DNA of 64,000 nt from a virus. Below, piece after piece: positions 29,134 through 40,153 of the stretch (its first letter is position 1; every line of letters starts with the position of its first letter). The notes beneath the pieces are model-generated. The model did no database searches. It was not told the DNA's origin and was given only the letters and a program-made list of their open reading frames with translations. A program made the translations under genes and the position numbers. The stretch is from IMG/VR virus record IMGVR_UViG_3300020411_000003; one strand, given 5' to 3'.

Positions 29134-29945
29134 AGTATCTCAATTCCTTCATTGAAACCGAAGTCATCGGTAGAGATTACCAATGCATCATCTGCTGCAT
29201 CGATCACACCATCTGCATTCTTATCTTCTTTAGCCTTAGGTGTATAAGATCTCTCAACATTTCTCTTGCTGACATTCTTATCACCAATAGTTTCAATAAC
29301 ACGTGCTTTACGAATAACATCTGCCTTGCTGTAAGGACCGTAGATGTAAGACTTAACAGTAAACTGTAACGTCCAAACTATACTTCTCCTATCTAAGAAA
29401 CTATCATCCCAGTCATCTGCATAATCAACACTGTTAAGAATGCATGCTATATCACGTTTCTCATTCATATCTGGAATGAAGTTCAGTGTGATATTAAATG
29501 ATGGTTGAAAATAGGGTAAGATCTGTTCTAATATTTGTAGAGCATCATCAGATGACTTAGCAATAATGCCAAGTTCAAATGACATGTCATAAGGTACTGG
29601 AACAAATTGTGTTTGAATTGCTTTGGCGTTCTCTGCATCACCAGCAGCAGGAATAGCAGCCTTAATCTTTTTGATGGCACTAGTCTTTCTAGTACTATCA
29701 TATGTTACATTAGTTAATTCAAAATACAAACGTGGAAGTTTTATTGCTACCTTCTTCGTTACGTCTGGACTTTGATCTAATCTATAAAGAAATTTATTCT
29801 TAGGACCATATGCTAGAGGTACTTTCTCTGCTTCTATAACAGTACCTGCATTATCCTTTTTTACAATCTCTATGTTATTGAAAAGCGTACCGAAACCAAT
29901 AACTGTTTTCCGTATCGCTTCATTATAAAAATGTGGTCCTAACAT
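29130..29945 (-). CDS. gp15: tail sheath stabiliser gp15
   Basis: FGTLFNNI, VPLAYGPK, PVPY, QILEQILPYFQP. Confidence 0.95.
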   Translation of the reverse strand: MLGPHFYNEAIRKTVIGFGTLFNNIEIVKKDNAGTVIEAEKVPLAYGPKNKFLYRLDQSPDVTKKVAIKLPRLYFELTNVTYDSTRKTSAIKKIKAAIPAAGDAENAKAIQTQFVPVPYDMSFELGIIAKSSDDALQILEQILPYFQPSFNITLNFIPDMNEKRDIACILNSVDYADDWDDSFLDRRSIVWTLQFTVKSYIYGPYSKADVIRKARVIETIGDKNVSKRNVERSYTPKAKEDKNADGVIDAADDALVISTDDFGFNEGIEIL

Positions 29946-30826
29946 TAGAAGTCACCTGTTGTAAAATTACCAAACTCTCCAAAGGGGTTAACCTCACCCC
30001 AATCTATCAAATCATCAGCAGCATCTTCGATTGCTCTGTTATCTGCTGCTGCTGTTTCACCCATTGTCAAATTGTCAATGGTAGTGATACTTCTTGCTGT
30101 AGTACTAGTACCACCAGTAAGAGTCTCACCAGTTAAGAAGTTTCCTGTTCTATTTATGATGGTCAGTATATCGGTTGATCGATCCCAATATGCAACCTCA
30201 CCTGTAACACCAGTAGTAGAACCAGTTACAGTCTCACTTAATGAATACTCACCTGTACCAGCAGTATCCATCTGTATAGAAATTGAAGTAGAATATACTT
30301 CTTCTACTACATCAACTTCTGGAATACCAGTTTCAAACTGGTCATCACCCATCTCGTAGATCTCAGCAGTCATCTGATAGATGTATGTCTGACCTAACTG
30401 ATAGAAAGGTGCTTCTCTTTCTACAAATTTAATTTCATATAATGCTTTTGTTAGTGGATAGTAGATCAAATCTCCTTCATTAGGTCTACCATCTACAGTT
30501 GTAATATCTGCAAACTCTTGAAATATCTGACTCCATCTATTCTTTGATACAACAAAAGTAATTTCGTCTGTAATTCTTAAACCAAACTTACTAATAAATT
30601 CTGATGGTGATCCAAATCCTTCAACGTTAATTAAGAACATCTCAATCATGTACTGATTCTTGAATTCAGAATACAGAACATCATCAAGGGTTGTGTCCTT
30701 GATCATCTTACGAGGAAGATAGTAGCAGTCAGTACCAAATAATTTTATTTGCTCATCAACCAATGACTGAATAAGAGCTTGTTCAGTACCAACTCCACCA
30801 TGTTGAGGGAAGTATATACTTTTCAT
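29945..30826 (-). CDS. gp14: neck protein gp14
   Basis: YYLPR, SKFG, RPNEGDLIY.P, FEIKFVE-like, FYQLG. Confidence 0.93.
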   Translation of the reverse strand: MKSIYFPQHGGVGTEQALIQSLVDEQIKLFGTDCYYLPRKMIKDTTLDDVLYSEFKNQYMIEMFLINVEGFGSPSEFISKFGLRITDEITFVVSKNRWSQIFQEFADITTVDGRPNEGDLIYYPLTKALYEIKFVEREAPFYQLGQTYIYQMTAEIYEMGDDQFETGIPEVDVVEEVYSTSISIQMDTAGTGEYSLSETVTGSTTGVTGEVAYWDRSTDILTIINRTGNFLTGETLTGGTSTTARSITTIDNLTMGETAAADNRAIEDAADDLIDWGEVNPFGEFGNFTTGDF

Positions 30827-31626
30827 CCTATCATATCCATAGGTGGTAGTTCATAGGTGCTTGAAGACATTTCCATTAGTCGTGCAATTTCATCGTTAGC
30901 ATCATTGAACAACTCTCTACCATTGAGTTGTACACCACCTGGTAGATTTACACCTTGAAACTTAATTAAGTTTTGACCCCATTGTCTTTTAATTTTTGCA
31001 GTAGCATATTGTTTGACAAATGGATCGTTATAAGTCTGAGTAAATGTATCTGGTTCTAATGCTCTATAACATTGAATGATGAGATACAATTCTTCTGTCA
31101 ACATAGTATCATCTATATCAAGATATAATCTATCTTGCCTTTGATTAAATCTAAACTCAACAAACGATCCATTGTTAAGTACCATATCAATAGTTTCTAA
31201 CCATTGCTTAACCATAAAGTAGTTAAGCATATCAAGAGAACCAAAAGCATACAGGTCATTCAAGAAGATCTGATACTCAATACCAAATAAGTTGTTACGA
31301 ATAGCATTACTTGCTAATCCAAATACTTTAGATATTCCCATCACATGTGGAGGGATATCAATATAGTTATCTGAGCGTTCCCACTCAGCACCGTTGATAA
31401 TCTCTGTTGATTTTTGACTATCAAACCTTGTCACATCTGCTGCTGTGATCTTATGTTTTAGGTACATCAATTCCATACCATCATAATGACGCTCCCTGTA
31501 ATATTGGAGAGCGTCATCTATGGCATCATCTACTTGATCATCATCAACATTGACTTCAAGTACAGGAGCACCTAATTGTCTTTTGCAGTAATCTGCTAAT
31601 TCTGTTCTACTAGCTGGTTGTGCCAT
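30823..31626 (-). CDS. gp13: neck protein gp13
   Basis: LGAPVLEVNV, K.YATA.IK.QWG.NL.KF.G..LPGGV.LNG. Confidence 0.95.
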   Translation of the reverse strand: MAQPASRTELADYCKRQLGAPVLEVNVDDDQVDDAIDDALQYYRERHYDGMELMYLKHKITAADVTRFDSQKSTEIINGAEWERSDNYIDIPPHVMGISKVFGLASNAIRNNLFGIEYQIFLNDLYAFGSLDMLNYFMVKQWLETIDMVLNNGSFVEFRFNQRQDRLYLDIDDTMLTEELYLIIQCYRALEPDTFTQTYNDPFVKQYATAKIKRQWGQNLIKFQGVNLPGGVQLNGRELFNDANDEIARLMEMSSSTYELPPMDMIG

Positions 31627-31634
31627 GCGACCTC

Positions 31635-34600
31635 CTATGCTTGTGCTTCACCCCATCTGAGGTTGATCGTGCTGTTGAATGCGTTACCTGATGTACAATA
31701 AACGTTGATCGCTAGAACGTCAGGTCCATTCGGGAATGTACCTCGACCACCAATAGGAGTATTAGTTAACTCTTTAAGTTCGGTCAAGTCAATACCATCC
31801 CTTTGTCCTGGTGCTGCCACGAAGGAGAAGATTCGTTCACCTGGCTGAGCATATGGAGGAACAATGAATGTATATGTTGTACTACCAGCAGTTCCTGGAT
31901 ACGTGTTCTGAGAGAAGACGATCCAGACTTGAGTACTAGTAGCATTTCTAATCTGTGATACAGTAGAACCACCAGGTAGTTGTCCACCAGTCGCCTGCAT
32001 ACCTACCTCAACTCCCTGAACGTCAGTCTTGTTGAATCGAACCCACCTAGTCCAGAAGTTTCTAGTAGTAGCGTTGGTAGCAGTAATGTTAGAACCACCA
32101 GCACTCCAGTTAGCACTAGATCCAGATGCAATCTGAGCAAATGATGGTTGTCCACCTTCACCAGATGTATTCAAACCACCCCAAGTAATGTCAGCAGGGT
32201 TTGTTGGATAGTTAATCGGGTTTAGAATTCCTTCAACGATAACTCCCTGAGAAGAACTACCACCCTGTGTAGTAATTTCTACACTCTTCAGTAGCAACTG
32301 CGCCCTGTTGATTAGTTCTCTCTCACCCAAGTCACCAGTCAGTGCGTTAGACACACTAGGTGATAGACGGATTAGGAAGACCGTATACGGCGTAACTGAG
32401 ATTTCAATCTCAGATTCCTGATAGTTGAAGAGGTATCCTCTATCTTCATCGAAGCCACCGTCTGTTAGATATGCAGAACCCCAGTGGTTAATCTGTGGTG
32501 TTGCAGTAGTGGTGAGTAGGATAACACCCTCGTTCTTAGTATAACTAGCTGCTGCACCAGCAGTGTATGTTCTGTTTGCTCCAGCAGTATAGTTGTTTAA
32601 GTTTGCTTCTCTTGTAAGACCAACAAGTCTATTAAGTGATGTATTTCTAGAAGAATAACGAATCAATTCGTTACCGACATAAACAACACCTGTTTCTGGG
32701 AATAGAGTTACATCTTGAATTGGAAGATACTCAACCATTGTATCTGCTACAGCAGTTGTCAACTTAGATCTTGGTCCTTCATTCAGAACCTCATACCTAA
32801 CAGGTAAGTTACCTGAACGCATGAAAGCTTCTCTGTTTCTGTTGTTGTTCTTAAGTCTGTGTGCGAACACGAAGTTACCAGACGGACCTCTAAACATCCA
32901 GTCAATAAATCCTGCACCATACCATGTATACTGGAATCCGATCATCTGCATGGTGTTGATCTGTAGTTGATATCCTGATTTACCAGTACCATCACACTTG
33001 TCAATGTTCCACTGTGATTGTGGAATAATAATATCCTTAGTCAATGCTGCCTTTGTATTAACTGCACCAACCGCACCTCTATAGTCAGGGTTGACCGTTA
33101 ATGCTGTATCACTAATAATAGAACTAACAACATGACTCATTCCACGAATAACCAATCTGTCACCAGTAGTTAACTGTTCAGTAAATTTGGTATTGTTTCC
33201 TTGTATAAGGTTACTATCTGGAGTAGCACTTACAGTACCAGCAATCTGGAATGTAGAAGATCTTAGACCAACAGATAGGTTAGTTCCATCATACTGGAAG
33301 AAGATACCATTCTGATCATCAAATGCACCAGATCTTACAGTAGAACCTTTCCACTTATACAAAGATATACTTGGTTGTTGACCGAATTCACCAGTAGTAC
33401 CACCAAGTGTTTGTACTGCTAGAACTGTTAATGTAATTTCATTAACGATACTTGCAACAATATAATGACCATTATATCCAGAAGTTGTTATACCATTAAG
33501 AGCGATCTCAGCACCAACTTGTAGACCATGATCAACGTCATCAGTAGTTACAGTAATAATACTACCTACAGCAGTACCATCAGCAGTAACTGATCTCAAG
33601 TCATATGAAGGAGCGAATAAAGCACCAGTAGTATACTGAATACCTTTACCTGACTGGTATCTAATGTACTTCTTAGATTGACGAATCGCCTGAGCACCAT
33701 GTGAAGGTGAACCTGTTCCTAGTTGCACACCACCGTCAAATGGTCTGTGTGTATAGAAACAGTCTGGTCTAGTATAGAGTTCACCAGCTAAAGTAACACC
33801 AGTATCAATAGTACCAGTTGATCTTGTAGTATAAACAAACTTGTCTAAACTTGGAACTTCTTCAATAAAGAATGGTCCTGAAGCAAGATCATGGTTATTA
33901 CCATTAGAACTAATAGCAGCAAGAATTGTATTTCCTGGAACCAATCCATGATTACTAGAGAAGGTTGCACTAATTCTTGCAATAGCAGAGTAGGTTATAT
34001 TGCTACCATTATTAATAGCAGCAGATGTAGTTGAAGATAAAGATACAGCTGGATAGAATGCAATACTCTCTCCTGATACTGGACTACCAGAAGCACTGAT
34101 AGCAGTGATCTCTCCAGTTAAGTAATCGATGTTGGTGACAGTGATAGTCATATCGTTGACACCAGCAATACCACCAAGTTCTTGACCACCTATACTGAAC
34201 TGATAACCAATCTGGTATCCACTACCACCATTGGCAATTTCAGGAGCATAGTTACCGCCAATAATCTTAGGTAAGAATGTTGCGTTAAATGCTGTGTTGT
34301 TTGCAGTAAGTGACTGGAATGTTGCATTACCATCTGCTGCTGTACCACCAATACTGAATGCAGTGATCTCACCAGATGCACCAACACTGGTTACAGTAAC
34401 AGTCAAATCGTTAGTAGCAGTTTCACCACCTAAGATTCCACCATCAATAATAACAGTGTCATTTGGTTGGAAACTAGAACCTGGATTGGTTATAACAGCA
34501 CTATATGTTGGAGTAGTTGTTGTGTTCTCGTTAGGAGTAAAGTTTGTTGTGGTTATTGTTTGACCATCAGCACTTCCACCACCACCTTCTGCTGTAGCAA

Positions 34601-36695
34601 CACCTATTGTAAATTCTTGACCTGGTGTTTTTGCTGTGAGTGATAACTTAGCATAAGTTTCATCAGTTGGGTTAGCAGCAGCTGCAAATACAAATTGGCT
34701 TCCAGTTGTCAGATCATTAATGAGATTAATCAATCCATTTCTAACTTCTATAATACCATCACCAATCACAGCAGTATAAACAAGTGTTTGAACTGTACTT
34801 GTTGTTACATCTGTTATTGTAACTGAGAAAGTATCATCAGTTTCAATATCTCCACCAATTTCAACCCAATCTATCTGAGCAATCTTACTACCAGAACCTA
34901 CTCTAGTAACATTGAACGATGCGTTAATACCTACACCAGTTCCAACAGCTCCAGATACGTTGGTGTATTCTTGAGTAGAGAATATACCTTGACCAATAGA
35001 AGTGAAGGTAAGAATCTCACCAGCAGCACCAACAGTATTAATAAAGATATTCAAATCGTTTGTTGGAGATTGTCCACCAAGAACGTTACCGTAAATAACA
35101 ATCTTTTCACCAACTTCATATCCAGTACCAGCATAAGGAGTTCCTTCTGCTGCTGTACCACTAGGAGTAATAGTTTGAATCTGACCATTAACATCGACCG
35201 CATCGATTGTAATCGTCAAGTCGTTAGCTGGTGAAGTACCACCTAAGTTAGTACCTAAGATAACAATTGTTTCTGACTGAGAGTAGGTAGTACCAGTGTT
35301 AGATACAAATACATTCGAATAAGATGCTGAACCAGGTGTACCATCTCTTTCAATGTTAAAGGTAGCATTGCTTCCTAATCCAGAATATGTATCTCCTTGT
35401 ACATCGTTATAATATACTGTCTGGTTAATATCTACACCGTTGTATGCACCAGAAGTTCTAGTAATATTAAATGTTGCTCCATTACCATTACCAAAGTTGA
35501 CTGTACTTGGTGATGTCGGTGTGGAGATGAAACTGTTACCAGTTCTGTCTGCTGTATATGGTGCAGATAGAGATATAGTATTTGTTTCAATGTTTGTAAC
35601 AAAGATTGTAGTTCCATTACCATTATCTAAAGCAGCACCGATATCGATTCCTGTTGTATCGTTAAGAACGATCTGAGAAACAGGTGCTGTAAATGATGTT
35701 GTAATATTAATAGATGTATTGGAAGCTACGTAACCAGTTACCTGTGTACCAGCTTGTAATCCAGATCCAGAAAGAGGAGCACCAATAGGAGGAGGAGATC
35801 CTGGAACAGTAATACCAATTCTTCCAGATCCAGCTGCTGTATTACCTCTAGTGGTTATCTGACCAGAAGCACCATTAGATTCTACTGCTAGAGTAGGGTT
35901 TCCTAATGAAGCACCAGTATAGAAACCTGCTTTTCTTAATTGTACAAATCCAGATAATAGACTGGTAGCAGGGGATGTACCTACTTTACCTTTTGCATAG
36001 AAGGTAAACTGTGACGGATCTGGTACAGTACTGATAATGAAAGAACCTTCTGCTTTAGCAAATCCTTCTACACCATCATTAACACCCTTAAGTGTAATAG
36101 GATCTCCAACAACAAATCCATGTTCCAACTCAGTATCTACTGTAATAAGAGAAGGACCTATGCCACCACTACCTTGTGAAGCATCTGTTGTGAGAGCAGA
36201 AACAGAAACATCAGCACCTGGATACTCGAAGGAAGATGGATATCCACGTACTAAGTCAATGGTCTGCCATTTAGTTGGCTGAATACCATACTCAAAGTCA
36301 GCATCAAGCATACTAAGAGGCTCAGCAAAACGCATACGTTCGATAGCGTCTGTACCGAAGTCGTATGGTCTCATCTTAACTTCATCACCTTCGATGAAGA
36401 TCATCATCTCATCGGAAGATGAATACGTTGAAGTATCAAACAGGAATGTAATCGTAGTTACACCGTTTGATAACGTACTAGCGAAGGGGAAGTCTGGATC
36501 TTGTCCATCAGATGTCTCTGTGAATGCTGCCGATATCTGATTAACACTATCAGCAAAGTTGTACATTACAACGTTGGCAGTCGCATTGGTGATCAAGAGA
36601 ATCTGATCAGCACTGACTTTATCCAGAACTTTTAATGTTCCAACACCAGAAAGACCAGGTGAAAAAACATAGTCTCTTATTTGCCTTTTAGCCAT
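31635..36695 (-). CDS. 1686 aa virion structural/fibre-like protein
   Basis: Thr/Gly-rich; four G..Y..G..I.I.G..LGG...NDL.I repeats; follows the neck genes in genome order. Confidence 0.8.
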   Translation of the reverse strand: MAKRQIRDYVFSPGLSGVGTLKVLDKVSADQILLITNATANVVMYNFADSVNQISAAFTETSDGQDPDFPFASTLSNGVTTITFLFDTSTYSSSDEMMIFIEGDEVKMRPYDFGTDAIERMRFAEPLSMLDADFEYGIQPTKWQTIDLVRGYPSSFEYPGADVSVSALTTDASQGSGGIGPSLITVDTELEHGFVVGDPITLKGVNDGVEGFAKAEGSFIISTVPDPSQFTFYAKGKVGTSPATSLLSGFVQLRKAGFYTGASLGNPTLAVESNGASGQITTRGNTAAGSGRIGITVPGSPPPIGAPLSGSGLQAGTQVTGYVASNTSINITTSFTAPVSQIVLNDTTGIDIGAALDNGNGTTIFVTNIETNTISLSAPYTADRTGNSFISTPTSPSTVNFGNGNGATFNITRTSGAYNGVDINQTVYYNDVQGDTYSGLGSNATFNIERDGTPGSASYSNVFVSNTGTTYSQSETIVILGTNLGGTSPANDLTITIDAVDVNGQIQTITPSGTAAEGTPYAGTGYEVGEKIVIYGNVLGGQSPTNDLNIFINTVGAAGEILTFTSIGQGIFSTQEYTNVSGAVGTGVGINASFNVTRVGSGSKIAQIDWVEIGGDIETDDTFSVTITDVTTSTVQTLVYTAVIGDGIIEVRNGLINLINDLTTGSQFVFAAAANPTDETYAKLSLTAKTPGQEFTIGVATAEGGGGSADGQTITTTNFTPNENTTTTPTYSAVITNPGSSFQPNDTVIIDGGILGGETATNDLTVTVTSVGASGEITAFSIGGTAADGNATFQSLTANNTAFNATFLPKIIGGNYAPEIANGGSGYQIGYQFSIGGQELGGIAGVNDMTITVTNIDYLTGEITAISASGSPVSGESIAFYPAVSLSSTTSAAINNGSNITYSAIARISATFSSNHGLVPGNTILAAISSNGNNHDLASGPFFIEEVPSLDKFVYTTRSTGTIDTGVTLAGELYTRPDCFYTHRPFDGGVQLGTGSPSHGAQAIRQSKKYIRYQSGKGIQYTTGALFAPSYDLRSVTADGTAVGSIITVTTDDVDHGLQVGAEIALNGITTSGYNGHYIVASIVNEITLTVLAVQTLGGTTGEFGQQPSISLYKWKGSTVRSGAFDDQNGIFFQYDGTNLSVGLRSSTFQIAGTVSATPDSNLIQGNNTKFTEQLTTGDRLVIRGMSHVVSSIISDTALTVNPDYRGAVGAVNTKAALTKDIIIPQSQWNIDKCDGTGKSGYQLQINTMQMIGFQYTWYGAGFIDWMFRGPSGNFVFAHRLKNNNRNREAFMRSGNLPVRYEVLNEGPRSKLTTAVADTMVEYLPIQDVTLFPETGVVYVGNELIRYSSRNTSLNRLVGLTREANLNNYTAGANRTYTAGAAASYTKNEGVILLTTTATPQINHWGSAYLTDGGFDEDRGYLFNYQESEIEISVTPYTVFLIRLSPSVSNALTGDLGERELINRAQLLLKSVEITTQGGSSSQGVIVEGILNPINYPTNPADITWGGLNTSGEGGQPSFAQIASGSSANWSAGGSNITATNATTRNFWTRWVRFNKTDVQGVEVGMQATGGQLPGGSTVSQIRNATSTQVWIVFSQNTYPGTAGSTTYTFIVPPYAQPGERIFSFVAAPGQRDGIDLTELKELTNTPIGGRGTFPNGPDVLAINVYCTSGNAFNSTINLRWGEAQA

Positions 36696-36716
36696 TTAAA
36701 ATTTCCCTCGATCTTT

Positions 36717-37850
36717 TTATGAAAGCGCAATTGCTAATGCAGTTACTTGGGAGTCTACAGCACTCTTGGACATTGCATCTCCTGGCGCAGTAGCTCTACC
36801 TAGATTCGTTATTTTATTATTTAGAAGACTTAGATCAGCACCAACTCCAGTATTGACACCTAAAGTCCCTGCTACGATAGTGTTACCGTTAGCATCAACT
36901 GTAAACTTATTACTACCAACACCAAACGTAGTACCAGCAGCGACAGCAGCGTTAAATGCAGCACTCTCTCCTATGACAGCACCAGCAGCATCAACACTGA
37001 ATGTGGGAGCAGTTAGATCAGCACCAGCTTTGATACCATTATTAACTCCAAGTTCCCCTTCCACAGTTGTGTTAGTACCCTTAAGAGTTGCGTCTCCCAC
37101 AACTTCAAGATCTCCACCAACATCAACATTACCCTGTAGATCTGAATCTTGTACAACAGTGAAGTTACCGTTAACAGAGAAGTCAGTAGCAATGATGTTA
37201 TACTTAAACTTACCATATACAGCAAAACTCAGACAGTTTGCATCCTCTGCCCATACTATGATTTGATCATCACCTGTTGCTTTTATGTCAGTTCTTTGAT
37301 AGAATGTGCGTGGAAATAGTTTTGTGTTATAATTTAAGTAGTTAGATGTTGGTAAAGTAGCCTGTCCAGCCTCCAAGATTCCAATTCTGAATCTAGTTGG
37401 TTGTGAACTCTGGTTAGAGATGAAGATCGAAAGTTCTACATCCTCTCCAGTAGGTACTGTATACAAACTTGTATTCGTTTTGGCATTCGTGACCAATAAA
37501 GAATTTAAGAATCCAGAAGAAACTGGGTTATCTACTACCTCTCCATGCACCAAGAAGGACGTAGACTCGAAATCACTATATACAACTAGACTTTGCTCAT
37601 TGGCATAGTACATAGTTTGTGTTTCGTATGTCTCTCCTGCTGCAATCTCTAAATCATATAAGATATAATTAGATGGAGCAAATGCTAACAATGCACCACT
37701 AGAAACCCCAACTCTGACTCGTACAGGATACGGACTCTGGTGTGCAATTGAAATCTTCGCTTCTACTAGCTTGCCAGCTGGAGCAACATGGAGAACTGTT
37801 CTGGTTTTAACCTGTGGAACAATTGCTGCTAGAGCACCATAAGTAGCCAT
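36717..37850 (-). CDS. 377 aa structural protein with two N-terminal beta-sandwich-like repeats
   Basis: TATAAATA late promoter; two ~95-aa repeats; C-terminal ITNL..AT..GDA..K..VD fibre motif. Confidence 0.75.
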   Translation of the reverse strand: MATYGALAAIVPQVKTRTVLHVAPAGKLVEAKISIAHQSPYPVRVRVGVSSGALLAFAPSNYILYDLEIAAGETYETQTMYYANEQSLVVYSDFESTSFLVHGEVVDNPVSSGFLNSLLVTNAKTNTSLYTVPTGEDVELSIFISNQSSQPTRFRIGILEAGQATLPTSNYLNYNTKLFPRTFYQRTDIKATGDDQIIVWAEDANCLSFAVYGKFKYNIIATDFSVNGNFTVVQDSDLQGNVDVGGDLEVVGDATLKGTNTTVEGELGVNNGIKAGADLTAPTFSVDAAGAVIGESAAFNAAVAAGTTFGVGSNKFTVDANGNTIVAGTLGVNTGVGADLSLLNNKITNLGRATAPGDAMSKSAVDSQVTALAIALS

Positions 37851-37899
37851 AACTTTAGGGTTTATATTACAATCATGTTTATTTATAAGTTAGACTGAA

Positions 37900-38724
37900 A
37901 TGAAAATTCTTACTGGATTTAATGGATTTATTGGAAAGAAGTTTGCCGATAAGCTTGGAAGAGACTATATCGGAATTGAACAGAAGAATTGTTTTCAGTT
38001 AATTGATAGTTTACCTATCTGGGATAAGGTCACAGAGATCATCCACATGGGAGCAATCTCCTCGACAACTGAAAACAACATCGCAGACCTCACAGTATAT
38101 AACGTAGAGTTCACTCTTCGTCTGTTCAACAAAGCAATTGAATATGGTATCCCTGTCAAGTATGCTTCCTCCGCATCAGTATATGGAAACCAACCAGGTG
38201 AGATGAATCCATTAAACTTCTATGCAATTTCAAAATTGCAAGTTGATTACTGGGTTTATGACAATATTGAAAAATTTAAAAACATTCAAGGGTTTAGATT
38301 CTTTAATGTATATGGAGAAGGTGAAGAGCATAAAGGAAACCAACGTAGTCCTATTAGCAAATTTGTCTCCGAAGCAAAGATGTCAAAGAAAATTAAAATC
38401 TTCAAGAATTCTGAGAAGATGGTGAGAGACTTTATCTACGTAGATGATGTAGTGGATCTTGTTCTAAACAACAAGGGAGGATCAGGAATGTATGATGTTG
38501 GTACAGGACACCCACACTCCTTTAGAGATATTGCTGAAATTGTTTCAAAGAAATATGGTGCAAAGATAGAAGAGATTGATTTCCCAGAACATTTACAAGG
38601 AAAGTATCAATACTATACCTGTGCAGATATGAACTGGGTAGATGGTTATGAGTTTACTAATGTAGAGGAATATATCAATCGCCCCGAACCACCCGATACG
38701 AGTCTTCTTCAAAGTGCTCGGTAG
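37900..38724 (+). CDS. hldD: ADP-L-glycero-D-manno-heptose 6-epimerase-like SDR
   Basis: TGFNGFIG, HMGAISSTTE, YASSASVYG, YAISK, RFFNVYG.GE.HKG, RDFIYVDD. Confidence 0.88.
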   Translation: MKILTGFNGFIGKKFADKLGRDYIGIEQKNCFQLIDSLPIWDKVTEIIHMGAISSTTENNIADLTVYNVEFTLRLFNKAIEYGIPVKYASSASVYGNQPGEMNPLNFYAISKLQVDYWVYDNIEKFKNIQGFRFFNVYGEGEEHKGNQRSPISKFVSEAKMSKKIKIFKNSEKMVRDFIYVDDVVDLVLNNKGGSGMYDVGTGHPHSFRDIAEIVSKKYGAKIEEIDFPEHLQGKYQYYTCADMNWVDGYEFTNVEEYINRPEPPDTSLLQSAR

Positions 38725-39016
38725 AAAATTCGAATAGTTCTACGTCTGTGATGCCTTCCATCATATGTCTAAGACCAGGAGGTATGTAAAACTTATCTCC
38801 TGGTTTTAATATAATGGTGTCTGCATCAATGAAATCATCTCTATAACCATAGGTCATCTTTAATTCACCACTATGGACATAGAATGTTTCATCTTTAATT
38901 TTGTGATAATGGTATGAGCACTTCTTACCAGCATTAAAAAATAGAAGTTTTCCGCAATACTTTTCAGAATTGCAGATCCACTTCTCATATCCCCAACCTT
39001 TCTGTACAATTTTCAT
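38675..39016 (-). CDS. cupin (sugar-phosphate isomerase-like)
   Basis: KGWGYEKW, SYHYHKIKDETFYV, IPPGLRH. Confidence 0.8.
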   Translation of the reverse strand: MKIVQKGWGYEKWICNSEKYCGKLLFFNAGKKCSYHYHKIKDETFYVHSGELKMTYGYRDDFIDADTIILKPGDKFYIPPGLRHMMEGITDVELFEFSTEHFEEDSYRVVRGD

Positions 39017-39330
39017 GCAAAGAAGTCCTCAGAATTAATACCTTTGTCATCAATGAAATAAGTTGCATGGAATTTACCCATGTGCAACTCATCAAACTTA
39101 CAACCCCATGACTTAAGTTGATTATAGGTTAGGTCATAAAATGCTTCGTGTGCTTTAATCCCATCACCTTTAAATCTACCCATGCCTCTGGCAGTATAGA
39201 AAATAATACTATTACCTTCGTCGTATATTTTATTTAACTTCTCTATCCGATCCATCATTGGTTCGGATTTTTCGTACTGTCCTACAGGAGTATCACAGAT
39301 AGTCCCATCAATATCAACTACGTATATCAT
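39013..39330 (-). CDS. short HAD phosphatase (capsule-biosynthesis phosphatase-like)
   Basis: VDIDGTIC, YTARGM, MGK, FIDDK. Confidence 0.85.
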   Translation of the reverse strand: MIYVVDIDGTICDTPVGQYEKSEPMMDRIEKLNKIYDEGNSIIFYTARGMGRFKGDGIKAHEAFYDLTYNQLKSWGCKFDELHMGKFHATYFIDDKGINSEDFFA

Positions 39331-40153
39331 CTATGTCATCTCCAGAAAGAACGTATGTACCATGATTTTGAACTGCTATAGCAGCAGCCTTATTAGCATA
39401 AGGAATTGCTTTTTCTATTTTACCATACTCTAAGTAAAAGTAAACCAAAGCACAAAGGAATGTATCTCCTGCACCTGCTACATCAAAACAAGGAACTGCT
39501 TCACCTGGATATATCTTTCCTTTATACTCAGCACCAGCAGAACCTTTAGTAACAATTTTATTTCTGTATATACCTTTTAACTTAGAATCTTCTAACTCAT
39601 TGATCTTGATGAAGCATCCTTTCTTAGGAAGTTTATTTTTCTTACTGTCTATGAATACAGGACCATTGAATGCTTCTACCAATTCAAAGATCTTTTCTTC
39701 TGATAAAAATCCTTTGTCATAATCAGATATGATCATGGCATCAAATGGTTCACCAATAGGTTCTGTATGTGGTGTGCTAGTAGGATAAGTATCACCAGTT
39801 GGTAACTCCCATCCATAGTCAGCAACTTCATCATTTTCATCCAATCTCATTAGTTGTTGATTTGAACGTTCATCAACATACCTAGTCTTGACTGGTTTTA
39901 ATTCATTGGTCATCAAATATACATTCACACCAAATGACAAGAGGTTTTGTCTTACGTTACTTGCCATTCCGTCTGCTGTTTCAGTACGAATGTATTCCAT
40001 TACTGGTACAGGTGCTTCAGGACTTAACCTAGTACACCTACCATAAACATATTTGTCAATACATGTCTCGCCTATAACGATGACCTTGTATTGTTTTTGT
40101 TGTGGAATATTCTCCGATCCTATCGAAGAACTCAACTCTTTTTGCATACTCAC
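39314..40153 (-). CDS. rfaE: HldE/RfaE kinase domain (PfkB family)
   Basis: GRCTRLSPEAPVPV, KTRY, ISDYDKG, DVAGAGDTF. Confidence 0.9.
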   Translation of the reverse strand: MSMQKELSSSIGSENIPQQKQYKVIVIGETCIDKYVYGRCTRLSPEAPVPVMEYIRTETADGMASNVRQNLLSFGVNVYLMTNELKPVKTRYVDERSNQQLMRLDENDEVADYGWELPTGDTYPTSTPHTEPIGEPFDAMIISDYDKGFLSEEKIFELVEAFNGPVFIDSKKNKLPKKGCFIKINELEDSKLKGIYRNKIVTKGSAGAEYKGKIYPGEAVPCFDVAGAGDTFLCALVYFYLEYGKIEKAIPYANKAAAIAVQNHGTYVLSGDDIDDIRS

